Source of the DNA: Octopus sinensis
Taxonomy: Eukaryota
Reading direction: 5' to 3'
Assembly: GCF_006345805.1 (NCBI RefSeq)
Contig: NC_043003.1
Span: 54,064,001 to 54,128,000 of the forward strand
DNA: 64,000 nt
Part shown: one piece after another, positions 1 to 13,587 of the stretch
Numbering within the stretch: the stretch's first letter is position 1
Layout: the number at the start of each line of letters is the position of its first letter
The notes under the pieces: model-generated
The model's input: the letters and a program-made list of their open reading frames with translations, nothing else
What the model was told of the DNA's origin: nothing
Databases searched by the model: none
Position numbers and translations under genes: made by a program

Positions 1-1904
1 AAAGCCGCGTTCACAATGTGGTTTTTGATATTCAGCGGATCAATTTCACTTAACAAGCTCCTGTGTATTATTTCCTTTGAGATAGCTGACGTATCTCCCT
101 TTAATTTATTGCAATATGGTAGTAGAGATATCGCACAGACAATACGCTGTCATGGAGAGAAATGGTTGATAATCCGATTCATGGTTTCATATTTTATTTT
201 ATCATGGTAAAACATATCAGATTTAAACCAGCAATAGTATATTGTTTCTATTATTTCTTTGTTAGAAACAGTACTGTACAATCAGCTAGTCAAGTTGGCG
301 ACTACACTTCTGTTATCGAAATATTCCAATAGTAGAGTTGTCACTCTTTAAATTTCCAATGATAGAATATTATAACCCCGACGCAATTTTATTTTTATAT
401 CAACACTAAATAAGTTTTATGCCTATTCATATATCATAAACATAAGAGTAACTTGATTTTTAGATATTTTTTTAGCACAAGTTATAAAGATATTTGGACT
501 CAGACATTGCCAAATGATTAAGATGTTCGCTTAACACTTTACTGTCGTGAAGTCTCGGGTCATTCCTCAATGCATGGTGACTTAAACCTGTATCTTTTAA
601 GACTTAGACACCATCTGAACTTTCTAGGAAAATCCAGAGTGTGAGAGCTAAAGGGGAAGAGGATTATACCAGCAGTCAGCTGTTTCTTATTACAATTGAG
701 TTGCTCGAAGAAACGTTAAATTAAGGCGCCTTGCATGAGCAAGACACCTTAATGTAACGCACCCCTGGTTCACGTGCATATGACCAGGAGCCAAACACTC
801 TAACCTCTAAGCTGTGCACTTCTACTTAATTGAAGGTGCCTATATTTCAAAGGAACTTTTTTAAGCAGTGTTATGCTTAACCTGCTTGAATGTAACATTA
901 ATGAAGCAAGCATTAGAATAAACCTCATACACTTACAAGATAATAGAAGGAGAATGTAGGTCCATTGATCCAATAGCTAAACAGTTATATTCATCGTTGA
1001 AGTCGAGGCGAGAGACACAAATATGGATACATTATAAAGAGAAAGTGAAATTGTGTTCAACTGCTCGCTATTTAGCGTATATTAAATTCATATGATAAAT
1101 GCTATATTAAGAATGAACGTTAGATATTAGCCACCAACTAACTTAAAATGACAAATAATGTAATGTGAGCGAAATCGATATATTGCCTACAAACGTAGTG
1201 TCGCCGAAAGAGGAAGACAGAATGTTTTGCTTTTTAAATGCATTCATAGACAAAATCCCCGTTGTGTCTTGGAGCCGAAACATGGTCAGTCTTTTAATCA
1301 AAGGGTTAATATCTGTGAGAATTCAATGCCAATAAATGGTACTTCTGATAGAGCAGACCTATGACCAAAAGCATTGCATGTCTCTCCAGTCTTTGTTCTC
1401 AGATAAAGTGAATTTTGGATCACATTCTCCAAAGTATCCATTCTTAAGAAGCAGAATGGTCACGTTTGGATTACAGTTGATCATAGTTCATCCTCGTACT
1501 ATACCTCTTGATCCTCCTCATCATCACGTTCATCAAAGTAAGAGATTTGTAGATTAATATTATACAGTAATGTGTTCAGTGAAAGAATTGAATCGATCTT
1601 TACATCGTGCCTCCTCAGCTCCTCTCTTTCCACTAGATACAGCTTAACCAAGCACAGAGGGTTGTGTTCTACATTGAAGTCCATTCTTCTATATAAAAAT
1701 TTTAGGCATACAATTATACGAAACGATAAACCATTCATCTTATCAATTGTGCCTTGAAGTATTGACTATTAGTAAACGCCATTTACTATTGTAAAGTAAT
1801 ATTTTCTAATTGACTTATCCAGAGCTTACAATACAATTTGCTATTCACACAATCCCCACAAGATTTACTTATGCAAAGAAATTTTGTTCTGTAATTGTTT
1901 ATCT

Positions 1905-2262
1905 TCTTGTTTAAGTCATTGCGTTGCGGCAATGCTGGGGTACTGCCTTGACGGGTTTAGTAAAAGCTCTTACTTTTTAAAAGTATTGTACTGAGTATAT
2001 CGGACTTTTTGTCGAATCGCTAAATTTCGAGGACATAAGAAAGCTAACTCCGGTTGTCAAGCAACGTTGGTGGTGGTGGTGCCAGTGACAAACACAAACA
2101 CACGAATATACATGCATAACGAGCTTTCACACAGTTTCCGAGTACCAGATTCCCTCACAAGGCACTCGTCAGCCTAGGACTACTGTATAAGAAAGTTGAC
2201 CAAGATGTCGCACTATGGGACTGAACCACGTGACTGCAAACTGAACATCTTCATTACACAGG
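1905..2262 (-). mobile_element. tRNA-derived SINE, family B (degenerate copy)
   Basis: Reverse complement follows the 4066-4575 copy: head, CTTGG..AAG core, internal (CA)n, and CCCAGCATTGCCGCA..ATGACT tail. Confidence 0.7.
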
Positions 2263-2689
2263 CATCTATAAGCCTATTTGTGAAGTCGGTATGACATTCG
2301 GCCAAATTTATGGGCGTAGGCATGGCTATGTGATAACATGTTCATCTCTCATTTGCTTGCTTCTGTTCGATCTCATTGACACCGAACACATGTCATCTAC
2401 TAAAGCTTCGTATCGACCAGAGAACCTAATCTGTGAAATCTGGAAGATGGAAATCTCGAAAAAGAAGGATCGTTCAGGTCTCAGGCGGTAGATTTAATCT
2501 ACCACTAGGTTTAATGCTAACGCATGACCCGTGTGTTTTAAGTGAAGGCCACTCTCTTGATATCATTAAGGCGAGGATTCCGGTTAACCTCCTCCCTTCC
2601 TTCTATAACTCTCGGACACGGACCTTCATCCTTTGATTAATGTGACCCCAGAAAAGGTCTCAGAAAATGCGGAAGTGACCATACTCTAG

Positions 2690-3135
2690 GATACATACAG
2701 ATAGAGAAATCCAGGTTAATAGACCGGATATAGTTGTCAGAGATCACCAAGAAAAAAATGCCTTCCAATCAGTGTATCAACACCAACAGATGGCAATGTA
2801 TCTCTAAAAGAAACGAAGAAACTTTCAAAACACAAAGATCTGGAAATAGAGGTAACTCGAATGCTCGAATGTGGAGCCTAAAAGCAGTTCGTATAATAGT
2901 AGGTGCATTAGGCATGATTAAAAACATTCAGACAAATGCAAAACCAAAATACCAGAAATTACAAATGTATAACATACAGAAAATAGCACTACTAGGCACC
3001 ATACACAGCCTACGCAAAGAATTTAGTTCAGTGAAATTAAGAGTATCACAACAAACCACAATACATACCAAAGGCACAATGACCTGCGGTGTGTAGTGCA
3101 GTGAAAACACGTGATAAAAATAAGACTACTGTATG
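2690..3135 (+). mobile_element. R4/Dong-like non-LTR retrotransposon, 3' fragment (restriction-like endonuclease)
   Basis: Frameshifted translation IHTDREIQVNRPDIVV...KDLEIEVTRM...IIVGALGMIK...IQKIALLGT is a PD-(D/E)xK RLE C-terminus. Ends at an AAT run. Confidence 0.85.
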
Positions 3136-3147
3136 ACAATAATAATG

Positions 3148-4049
3148 ATTTCTTTTATTGGCCACAAAGGCACAAAACATAGAGGACAATATTGTAGGAT
3201 GAGTTACAGCACGCAGAAAACAAAACAAAAACAAAAACAGGTGGAGTTTACATCGATCAAAGGGAGATACCACCACGTTAAATGATATAACAGAGGGTAT
3301 ATAAAAGCAATTACAGAAATAAATAACAAATAAAAAGATAATTAGAATCCCTAATATCGGGACAGTCCACTTTGGATGGTTCGGGGTAAACCCCACTAAA
3401 AAATCCCGGATTACTCTGCCATCTCCCAGGCATGGGAAAATACTATCTTCCAGTTTCTTTCCTTCTGGTTATAAAAGCATACTCAGAGTCGGTCCATTCA
3501 GTTTCACCAGCCTTGCCATTGTCGTCCACCTTTTGATAAACACACTAGAAGGCAACACCTCCCCCTCTACCCTCACCTTCCTCTTCTAATGATATTTGAA
3601 GAAATGATGAGAGCTTGGCAAGATAGGAAGGCGCCTATCTTCAAACTTTTAGATGTGTCCCCCACACAGCCTCTTTTTCCACAGTCACTAAGCAGCGAAA
3701 GATCTGCCTTCCTTCTCCGCTAAATGAAGCTAGTCCGTCGGTCTTCACTTTACTCTCGGTAGACAACTGAATTTGTCTTATACACCACAGCATCTACTCC
3801 ACACAAGTCCACAACTCTCAAATGCACGGACACTGAATAATTGCATGTAGGATGATTCAGGCACCCACCCCCTACATGCATCTCGGGCAAGTTCGGCTGT
3901 TGGCACTTCGATGCCTGAAGAGCTCGTCTTGAACAGGTAATGCCCCCCCCCTTTAGCTCTGCCATGCCGAAGACTTTTGGAAATTGTCCATGATCTACGA
4001 CCCAAAGGTCCTCAGGAAGAAGCTACTCTGACTGCTCTCGTCGGTGCCT
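3148..4049 (-). mobile_element. L1/Tx1-clade LINE, 5'-truncated ORF2 C-terminus plus 3' UTR
   Basis: Minus-strand translation MDNFQKS.AWQ...PVQDELFRH...TCPRC...ILHAIIQCP is a zf-RVT cysteine motif. AAT repeats flank both ends. Confidence 0.8.
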
Positions 4050-4065
4050 AATAATAATAAAAGAA

Positions 4066-4254
4066 GTGTTTGTATGGTAAGATGTTTGTTTCCTAACAAC
4101 ATGGTTCCGGGTTTAGTCCGACTGTTTTGTACATTGAACGAGTGTCTTCTACTATAGCCTTAGGGTGACCACAGCCTTATGAGTGAATTTGGTAGATAGA
4201 AACTGACAGAAGCCTATATTTATACATACATACATACATACATACATACATACA

Positions 4255-4315
<61 letters not shown>

Positions 4316-4575
4316 TATATATGTATGTATGTGTGTGCGTGTGTGTGTGTGTGTGTGTGTTTGTATATCTTTGTTCCGACAACCTCTTGACAACTGGTAT
4401 TGGTATGTTTGCGTCCCCGTAACGTAGCGATTCTGTAAAGACTCTGAGAGCATAAGTACCAGGCTTCAAAGGAAAAAAAAAATTACTAGCATCCTTCGTC
4501 TAAAATTCTTCAAGGCGTTACCCCAGCATGGCCACAGTCTAATGACTGAAACAAATAAGTTAAAAGATAAAATAA
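4066..4575 (+). mobile_element. tRNA-derived SINE, family B, full length with internal microsatellite
   Basis: A-box-like TGTATGGTAAG, B-box-like GGTTTAGTCC, body AGTGTCTTCTACTATAGCC, a (TACA)n/(TA)n/(TG)n centre, and tail CCCAGCATGGCCACAGTCTAATGACTGAAAC. Confidence 0.85.
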
Positions 4576-7179
4576 AACATAACACTGCACAGTTGAAAAG
4601 TTTCTTTGATGACTACCCGTATCAGGCGCAAACACCATATTAACATTACTCATTTGTGCACATAGCTTCACCTCTATGAAGTAGATTGTGTTGCTGTCTG
4701 AGTAGCTGATCGAATTCCAAGTAATATAATTCATAACATGTGTATTTTCGCTAAACAAGAATTCTAATAAAGTGCAGTTTGATTTGAATTCGCTAATATT
4801 CTCGTAAAGACATGTGCATTCATACGAACATACGTATATGTACACACAGACACACACAAGCACACATAGACACACACACGTTTATGCATGTGTTTATCTA
4901 TATGTGCGAGTGTGCACATGACCAAGTAAAATATATGAAAATAACGCATAAAGAATGCAGATTCAATAAAAAGTTCTGAAGATGGATTATATAATATTAT
5001 TAACAATATATTATATGAAATAAAATGAAGTTTAACTGCAGCAGCGTCTTTGCAATTTTGTTATGACTAACTAATTTTCTTCTATGCAGCAATGGCACTG
5101 GATCGCCATAATTTTAAATGTAACGGCGTCTGAAAAGTGTTATAAGTAAGTGAAAAGGCTCCTTAACATCATGAACAATATCATAGAATCCGAAAGACTT
5201 CATTAAAAAATATATATTTTCAACATAGCACACTTTTTTAAAGATGTCATTAAAATATATATGAATAAGCATAGAAAGTCGATAGTACAAATAACCTGTT
5301 TTTCAATCAAAAAACAAAAAAAAAGAAAGGAAAGTAAAGCATAAACCTCTAAATCAGAACAAAAAAGGAGAAAAAGAATAAAAAAGAAAACAGAAAGGAA
5401 GGAATAAAAAAAAATCGAAAATGTTAATTTTATTTGTTGCTTTTGAAAGTTTCTACTGAACATCATATGATTTGTTTAACTGATTAGAAGTAAGGTGACG
5501 TAGCAAACATTCGGATAATTATGTGTTATTTTCAGAAATATGCCAATCATTGGAAGTAAAGACATCACTAGAAGTAAAAATAGTTTCTTCTTCTTTTTCA
5601 TAATAAGAGAAAATAAAGAAAAACAATGAAAGAAAAAGATATGAAAAGCTTTATGACAACAAAGACAAGAATAAGAAATATATTGGCAAAAAAAAAACCT
5701 GAATTAAAAAAAACGCAATAAAAACAACCCAAACCATAAAAGAATAAAAAAAGAAAACAAATAACTCCATGAAAATAGATTATTCAAGTCTGTTTTTGAA
5801 TTTTCTGTTGGCAGCTAAATATGCAGATGTATGTTGTGTGTATTGACTCGCTTTTATGACATCGTTTTGCCAACTTTTATTTATATAATTTTGATAACGA
5901 AGTTTCCCCAGTGTAGTTAATATAGCGGAGATGTGTTGGTAATATTAAAAGTTATTGGTATCGATAAATAAACAGAAAACTCGATAGGAAATTAAGAAGA
6001 GAAAAATAAGCTTGTAGAAAAGATCGCAGTTGAACAAAATGCGACCAGATGGATCTGAGCATAAAGTATTTCACAAGGAAATGAGAAGCTGTAATTTCAA
6101 ATCTACGCATTGTAATTGAATAAAGTTATCTCATTCTAGCCTTTTGTCAGAGCTTTATTTTCAGTCTATAAATAACTAATTTCCTAGTAAAATAACCGTT
6201 GCTAATGGTAGGTGCATGTTTCTTGTTTACTTAATAATTGTTAAAGTTTGAAGACGATATATCGTAACTAGTTGTTCTAAACCACTTGTTTTAAGTAACT
6301 TTTGTTGGTGAGATGTGTAGACTGAGTAATGGAATAAGATTCGCTTCTATTCTACTTAGTTATTCTCTTCTACACGAAGATTTTAATGAATTTTACTAAA
6401 ATACACTACATGGACAAACATAACTTTACATATATCATTGTATATTTACACACATTCATACATCTATTACGTATGTATGTATGTATGTATGTATGTATGT
6501 ATGTATGTATGTATGTATGAATGTATTTATATATATGTGTGTTCGATATGGGTGTGCGTGTAAATTTACATACATACATACACATATACACATATACATA
6601 TATAAGATATATATCCATGCGTATGTGCGTGAATCAAGAAAAAGGAAGAGAGAATTTATAACACTAACAACTCAAAATTATTTCTCTTTAATGATTTTTG
6701 CTTTAATTATGCCAAATATCTAAGGATATAAATGTTTTTAACTCTTTTACATGAATATTCAAGTATTATGTTTTGATGGAGTTAAGGTGAGATAATTGAT
6801 TAACTGGCAACGCATATTGAGTCAGAACCATTTCCAGAGCTATCGTCTTGTCTCCAGAAAAAATAAAATAAAGACTAAGTTTTCCCTAATGGCACGTCCC
6901 ATTCAAAATATTTCGCGATTTGTGAGATTACCTCCCCTTTCCATCTCGATGTAGATTTGCTTTTACAACCAAGCGTCTCTATACCTTATCTTGAAACAAA
7001 GATAAATTTAATAAATCGAATTTGTCTCATATGTTACTATGATTTTATTAGCTTTTCTCAAGCAAATTATTTGGCATATGAATTATATATTTTGCTCGTT
7101 TCTGATACATACATACATACATACATACATACATACATACATACATACATACAGACATACATACATACATGCATACATA

Positions 7180-8480
7180 CATCAAGAACTCAATGAGACA
7201 GATGTTCTGACTCGCAAGCTGCTCAGTGTTACAGGAAACCTCAACATCAATAGAGATGCAGACAGGCAATCAACTGCATAATTAGGATAGCTAATGAACT
7301 TGAGGAGAGGTATGAAATGAGGGCTGATACAAATCTCTCCACAGAAACCACTGGTCAAATCTATTTATTAGAATACAAAAAGAAGGACCAGTTCATTGAA
7401 AAGATACTTGGTAAGAAAAGCACAACCACTGAAGCGTACCGTGGAATACCGACAAGTTTATAACATACCACCACTTCGAAGACTACACCCATATAATCCA
7501 AGAACCTACAGCATAAAAGACAGAAAGGTTGTGCAAGACTAAAACTGAAGACATCAACCACATTATCGCAAACTACGAGAGAATGTCTTCAAGATATCTT
7601 TCCATAAGGCATGATGTGATGGTCAGAACAGTTTCGAAAAGGATAACAAAAAAGAAACCATCAACAGATGAATTTGATCATATTGAGATCGGTGGGTCAA
7701 AAATATAATATTGGTAGAACTTAAAAATCAAAATAGCCACCAAGTTAAAACACAAACGGCCAGATATAGTTGTGTGGGCTCACAAAGCAAAGATATGTTC
7801 TGTTGTGGAAATGAGCAACTCTCTTGGCACAAATATGGTTGGAAAAATACAAGTGTAAGGGAACAATTATGGGCCATTGATAAGGAGTTTGCAAATCCAG
7901 TACCCAAAATACATTATCAGCTTCATACATATTATTGTTGGAGCAACAGGGTAGTGCATGGCCAAGATTGAAAGCATCAACCATATTGTTGCCAACAGCG
8001 CGAAAAATTTCTTCCAGATATCTTTCCACGAGACATGATGCGGTGGCCAAAACAGTCAGGAACAGAATATCTACCAACGAAGGTGACCATATTGAGACCT
8101 TTGAGTGAAAAGAATATTGGGTAGATCTTAAAAATTAAAACAGCCACCGAGTTAAAACACAACTGACCAAATACTGTTGGATGGAACCAAAACAATAAAT
8201 TTTTGTTCTGCTGTGGAAATCAGCTGCCCTCTGGACCCCAATGGAGTTAATAGAAAAAATATATTTATGGACTATTGATGAGGAGTTTGGAAATCCAGTA
8301 CCCAAGATACACTTTCAGAATTGTACTGTTATTATAACAACACGATATATACCAATCCGTTTGGGGCAATGTATAGCTGAACTAGAGTTCGTGGGAGAGA
8401 ACGCAACTCCTTAATTCATACAGTACAAATGTTCACAATATCTGTGACTATAAAAGTCTGCAAAATCCCCTTAAGATTTA
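7180..8480 (+). mobile_element. R4/Dong-like LINE 3' region with an internal ~420-bp tandem duplication
   Basis: [38 protein letters not shown] and YGPLIRSLQIQYPK motifs. The HII...YPK block occurs twice (~7547 and ~7971). The 5' end abuts (TACA)n. Confidence 0.8.
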
Positions 8481-8952
8481 ACGGTGGTCGGTCAAAATAT
8501 ATTCTAAATTAGAAAGAGAAAGAGAACATACCTATACACACATATGTATACACACATGGTTTCAAGTCTTGGCTCAGAGAAGAAGGCGAAAGCAGATTAC
8601 TTCGACACCAGTGCTCAACTGGTACTTATGTTATCACATTGAGTTGCTTTATTGATTTCCAACATTGCAGATCAATACGAAATCTAAGAGTAACATGGAC
8701 ATTATAAATCTGGCACGGAACCATTTCCCCACAGGACACAAACATCTCAGACTATCTAACCGGCAAAACATAAATTATAACTATAGTTGCATGACTAATG
8801 GAGGAAATCTTCTCAGGTAAATAGTCGAATTCACATAAGTACGTCATACCAAATATTGCAAGCAATTTTGGCTCTTAAACCTGTATTACACACATACACA
8901 CACACATACATACATACATACACGCACATACACACACAAGTATACATACAGT

Positions 8953-9293
8953 GGAGTCGCAATGGCCCAGTGGTTAGGGCAGCGGCCTCGCGGTTTCGAT
9001 TCTCAGACCGGGTGTTGTGAGTGTTTATTGAGCGAAAACGCCTAAAGCCCCACGAGGCTCCGGCAGGGGATGGTGGGGGACCCTGCTATATTATTTCACT
9101 ACAACTTTCTCTCATTCTTTCTTCCTGTTTCTGTTGTCACACTCCGTATCACGCTAAATCTCCCCGAAAACCATGTTAAGGGTACCCGTGTCTGTGGAGT
9201 GCTCAGCCACTTGCACGTTAATTTCACGAGCAGGCTGTTCCGTTGATCGGATCAACTGGAACCTTCGTCGTCGTCGTAACCGACGGAGTGCCA
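8953..9293 (+). mobile_element. tRNA-derived SINE, family C (tail type 1)
   Basis: Head TGGCCCAGTGGTTAGGGCAGCGG...GTTTCGATTC (A/B boxes). Body GTGAGTGTTTATTGAGCGAAAAC is shared with 52899-53197. Confidence 0.85.
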
Positions 9294-9529
9294 CGGATAC
9301 ACACACACACACACACACACACAGTGTATTCGGGTTAAATTTTACAATTTTATGTCTTCTGTTTTCAGGAACACTTTGGTATACTGGTTGAACAGTCAAC
9401 GCCGTTAGGGAGATAGAAGATGGAAGTTATTGCTGAGGAAAAGTTAGCTGACAAAGAGGGCTGGAAACCATCTGAATTTTGGAAAAGAATTACTTGTGTC
9501 ATGATAATTCGCGTCGGGTGTCAAAATAT

Positions 9530-10225
9530 TGACACCATGACTGCTCTTCGGTGCTCTGTGAACACTGTAAAGGCTGTAATACGTGACATGGACAGTTGAA
9601 ACCGAAATACAGAGCATCGGCCAGTAGGAAGGGACACAGGAAGCTTTCTGACTGTGCTCGCACGCGGGTATTCATCCAACAACTGCAGGACAAGGTAATT
9701 AATGGAAGATCCGTGCAAGGAAATCCAGGGTTTTCGCAAAAGAGATGGGTATTGGAGCGGCAACCATGGCTCGGAATTAAGATTTTCGCTACCACTCGGA
9801 CAAAAGGCACAGGGAACAAATTCTGCTGATAGCCAAGGACAATCGCCTGACAAAGGAAAAGATCTCGAACGAATTCTCAGCTGAAAAGAACTTCTGCCAG
9901 AATCAATTGTACAACACCTAGAACAACGATAACAAGTTCACTTGCCTACAATCTATGTAATGTCCCATGTATAGTGAAAACCAAGTTCCCCCAAACAGTT
10001 ATGGTCTTTGAGTGAGTCTCCAGTGAGGATGACGTGCTGGCCCGCATCTTTGAACATGAATTTAGGCTCAATTCAAACAGTAATGTGAGGCTGCTGGAGA
10101 CTGTTGTCAAATCGTGGCTGGGAAGAAAGCTTGCTGCTGGAAGGTTATTTGTGTAGCGGCAGGAAATCTTCTCCGGAAAGTGTCAGAAGTGGTTGTCGGA
10201 AAATTTCTACGACTTCGCCAGCGTT
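9530..10225 (+). mobile_element. Tc1/mariner superfamily (maT/DD37D-like) transposase pseudogene
   Basis: Decayed frames RKLSDCART..FIQQLQDKV, KTKFPQTVMVF..VSSEDDV...RLNS...LLETVVKSWL and KCQKWLSENF resemble maT transposases. Confidence 0.75.
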
Positions 10226-10720
10226 ATAGTCTGGCTTCGAAATTTTGCCAATATCAATATATTCGTTTCAACACACGATTTCACATCAGGAATCATGCAA
10301 AACAAATTACATAAAGCAAATGTATAGTGCATGTGTTTAATTGGCAAAATATGACCATCCGCAAGTATAACAATATGAAAAATATCAACTTACAATTTAC
10401 TAATGTAGAATTCAATCCCATAAGCAAAGAGCTAAATTTATTATAGAATTCGTTTTCATTATGCTCTGATGGCTTATTCAACCGTATATTAGGACATTTG
10501 CGGAATTTTAGCGTATATAAATGTGTATCAATAGCATACATATGTGCTATGTGTGTGCTTGGTCGTGAATGTTCTTATACGTATGCAGTATCATGCTAAT
10601 GTATCAGTAACTTTATGCGGCTTATGTCTGTCTTCAAACGGATTTTGATGGTGTGTCTGCTCTTTGAAAATTGATATGATGAATACATTAATTTTCACAC
10701 TATATTATATTTATCAATAA

Positions 10721-10928
10721 GAGGGTGAGCTGGGAGAATCGTTACTGCGTTGGATAAAATGCTTAGCAATATTTTGCCCGTCTCTAATGCTCTGAGTTTA
10801 AATTCCGTCGAGGTTGACTTTGCCTTCTATCGTTTCGGGGTCGATAAAGTAAGTACCAGTAGCGCACTGGGGTCGATGTAATCGAATTAGCCCATACCCT
10901 GGACCTCTGCCCTTATGCCAAAATTTCT
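10721..10928 (+). mobile_element. SINE family A, variant tail
   Basis: GGTGAGCTGGGAGAATCGTTA head and GAGGTTGACTTTGCCTT...GGGGTCGATAA..AAGTACCAG core match the other family A copies. Confidence 0.85.
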
Positions 10929-11071
10929 ATCTATCGACAGTCTGTCTATCTATTCACGCACACACACACGCACACACACACATATACACATATACACGCA
11001 TGTGTATTTGTATAACTGCATATATGTATGTATCTCTATCTTTCTGTCTCTCTCTATATATATGTAGTAAG

Positions 11072-11138
<67 letters not shown>

Positions 11139-12234
11139 AATAGATATCAAAATAGATAAATACAGATAGAATATATTCGTGTGAGAGCGCATTGAAATAA
11201 ACACATACGCAGAGCTATTAACATTTATAGGGAATAAATATAATGCGAAATATGCATATAGAAAGAAGAAAAGAATTACTCATGAAGTTTACTAGAAAAT
11301 ATCTATTTCAATATATTCATTATGACCTTGTTATAAATTCTTGACAAGGGGTTTGATCTGAGGTCGTTCTTTGAATTTCAGACAGCGAGTTTTCTTCGAG
11401 TCGGAGGTGGAATCGAATAACAATGAGCTCGATGAAACGTACAACGAAGGCCAGAAGACAGGAAACTTTGAAACCGACCGTTTTCTAACTTTTGACACAC
11501 GTCCACAGATAATCGATGGCGATATTTTGTTTTATATCGGTCCCTGAATGGGATTAAAGGTAAAGACGAAAGTGAAAATATCAAGCCAAGCCACAAAAAG
11601 TACATTAATACAGTTAAGCGTTGCTCGAGAGGAAGAATGAATTGCTTTAAGGGGTTTCATAGTCACGAGCAGACAAAGGCAGCTTCTCAGACTCCCCACT
11701 CAACCCAGTGGAAAATTTAGGATATGACGGCTGGATGGAGGAAGGCCTGTGACAACAGACTGGAGAAATGTGAAGGGAAGTGGCTTGCACAAGGATACCA
11801 CGCACTGCTGAGTCCAGGATCTGAACGTATAACCTTACAATCGAAAGCGGAACACCCTAAACACTAGACCACCGATTTTCACTTCCTCATACTACAAAAC
11901 ATTAAGTCACTAACTGTCTGCCAGTTTTATCGTTCCATAGAATTTGCTGTCGGTATTAATTATATTTGGGAACTCGTAGGGATAAAAATAAATTCTGCAA
12001 GTTTATTTATTAATTTATTTATTTCGTTACTCTTTTAGTGAAATCATAGAGATGAAACAACGTAGCTTAAATGCTATGCCACATTCATTCCTAACTTCCG
12101 TGTTCTGAGTTTAAATATCGACGTCGTCAAATGTACTATTCATCCTTACAAAGTTTATAAAATATCAGTCTATAGTGGCGGGTCAGTACTTCACTGTTAG
12201 AGTGTTGATCAATATGTGCCTGACGGTATCTGTT

Positions 12235-12447
12235 AACGTTAGCACGCCGGGCGAAATGCTAGCCGTATTTCGTCTGTCGTTACGTTCCAAGTTCAAATTC
12301 CGCCGAGGTCGACTTTGCCTTTCATCCTTTCGGGGTCGATAAATTAAGTACCAGTTACGCACTGGGGTCTATGTAATCGACTTAATCCGTTTGTCTGTCC
12401 TTGTTTGTCCCCTCTGTGTTTAGCCCCTTGTGGGTAGAAAAGAAATA
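12235..12447 (+). mobile_element. SINE family A, young copy with Tx1-like tail
   Basis: Near-identical to the reverse complements of 47054-47284 and 56926-57156. Confidence 0.9.
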
Positions 12448-12690
12448 TATATTCTGAGTGCAAATTTCGTCCAGGTGCGGATGGCTAGATCTAATCACCC
12501 AATTACGGGATCACCCCTCTTGACCCACAATGGGCCAGAGTGGTCCGATAGGCTGACAAGTACAGATAAGCTGGCAACGGTATAAAAAGGTTTAATCATG
12601 CAGTGAATCTCTGATACTTAAATTGAGTTGAATGGCAACATTGATTCTGTCACCAGTCACCCTTTCCTACCTTCTTAAATCATTATTACC

Positions 12691-13496
12691 GTGATTGACT
12701 TACCCTGTCCCTGAAATTGCTACCCTTGAGTCAAAATTTGAAGCCAAGTTTGGTGGGAGGGTGTAAGTCGATTGCATCAGACCTCGTGCTTGAGTCGTAC
12801 TTAATTTATCGACCCCGAAAGGGTAAAAGACCTTCGTGGAATTTGAACTGTAAATAATGATGCAAACAACGCAGAAACGTACGCGTTTTACGATCCATTG
12901 ACGTTATTTACAGCCTAATGCATTTTGACACCCTAGATCTAGAAAGAGATTTTTACTCTGGGATTATTTCTGCAGCGCAGGGCTTCTCGCGTTCCAGTGT
13001 TTAATCATTTTACATAAATGATCGTGTTTAATCATTTTACATAAATACGTTGTATTCAAAGTTGTTAAAAGCGCTTCTATTTAATTTTAGCTTGACCAAG
13101 CTTTATGTACAACAGCAAACGTAGCGCATGTTGCTCTAATATAAGAAAGAATTCATTCTTATCGCACAGCAGAAACGCATGCGTACTACGATCCAATGAT
13201 GTCATTCACAGTTCATTATGTCTTCATACAAGTTGTCTAGGAGGGGGGGGGGATTTGCTCACGAGATTATTTTCGCAGTGTCGTTAAAATGCCGGACAAA
13301 ATACTTAGTGACATTTCTTCCGGTAGTTTACGTTCTGAGTTCAAATTCCACCAAGGTCTTTTACCCTTTCGGGGTCGATAAATTAAGTACGACTCAAGCA
13401 CGAGGTCTGATGCAATCGACTTACACCCTCCCACCAAACTTGGCTTCAAATTTTGACCCAAGGGTAGCAATTTCAGGGACAGGGTAAGTCAATTAC
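12691..13496. repeat. Inverted repeat of ~160 bp (12691-12849 / 13338-13496) made of SINE A pieces
   Basis: The arms are reverse complements with about 3 mismatches. Spacer ~490 bp. Confidence 0.9.
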
Positions 13497-13587
13497 ATCG
13501 ACCGTAATGCTCAAATGGTACTCATTTTATCGCCCTCGAAAGGGTGAAAGGCAAAGTCGACCTTGTGCCTATATTCAAAACAATTAA

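Noticed and set aside
4976-5025. CTGAAGA...stem...GAAA hammerhead-like string
   Set aside because: No helix I or III and no cleavage triplet. An AT-only stem is expected by chance.
8953-9005. tRNA-like sequences at SINE heads
   Set aside because: No complete cloverleaf, and they continue into SINE bodies. Not tRNA genes.
11380-11547. Possible exon after TTTCAG (acidic frame ..ESEVESNNNELDETY..)
   Set aside because: Short, no recognisable family and no partner exons.
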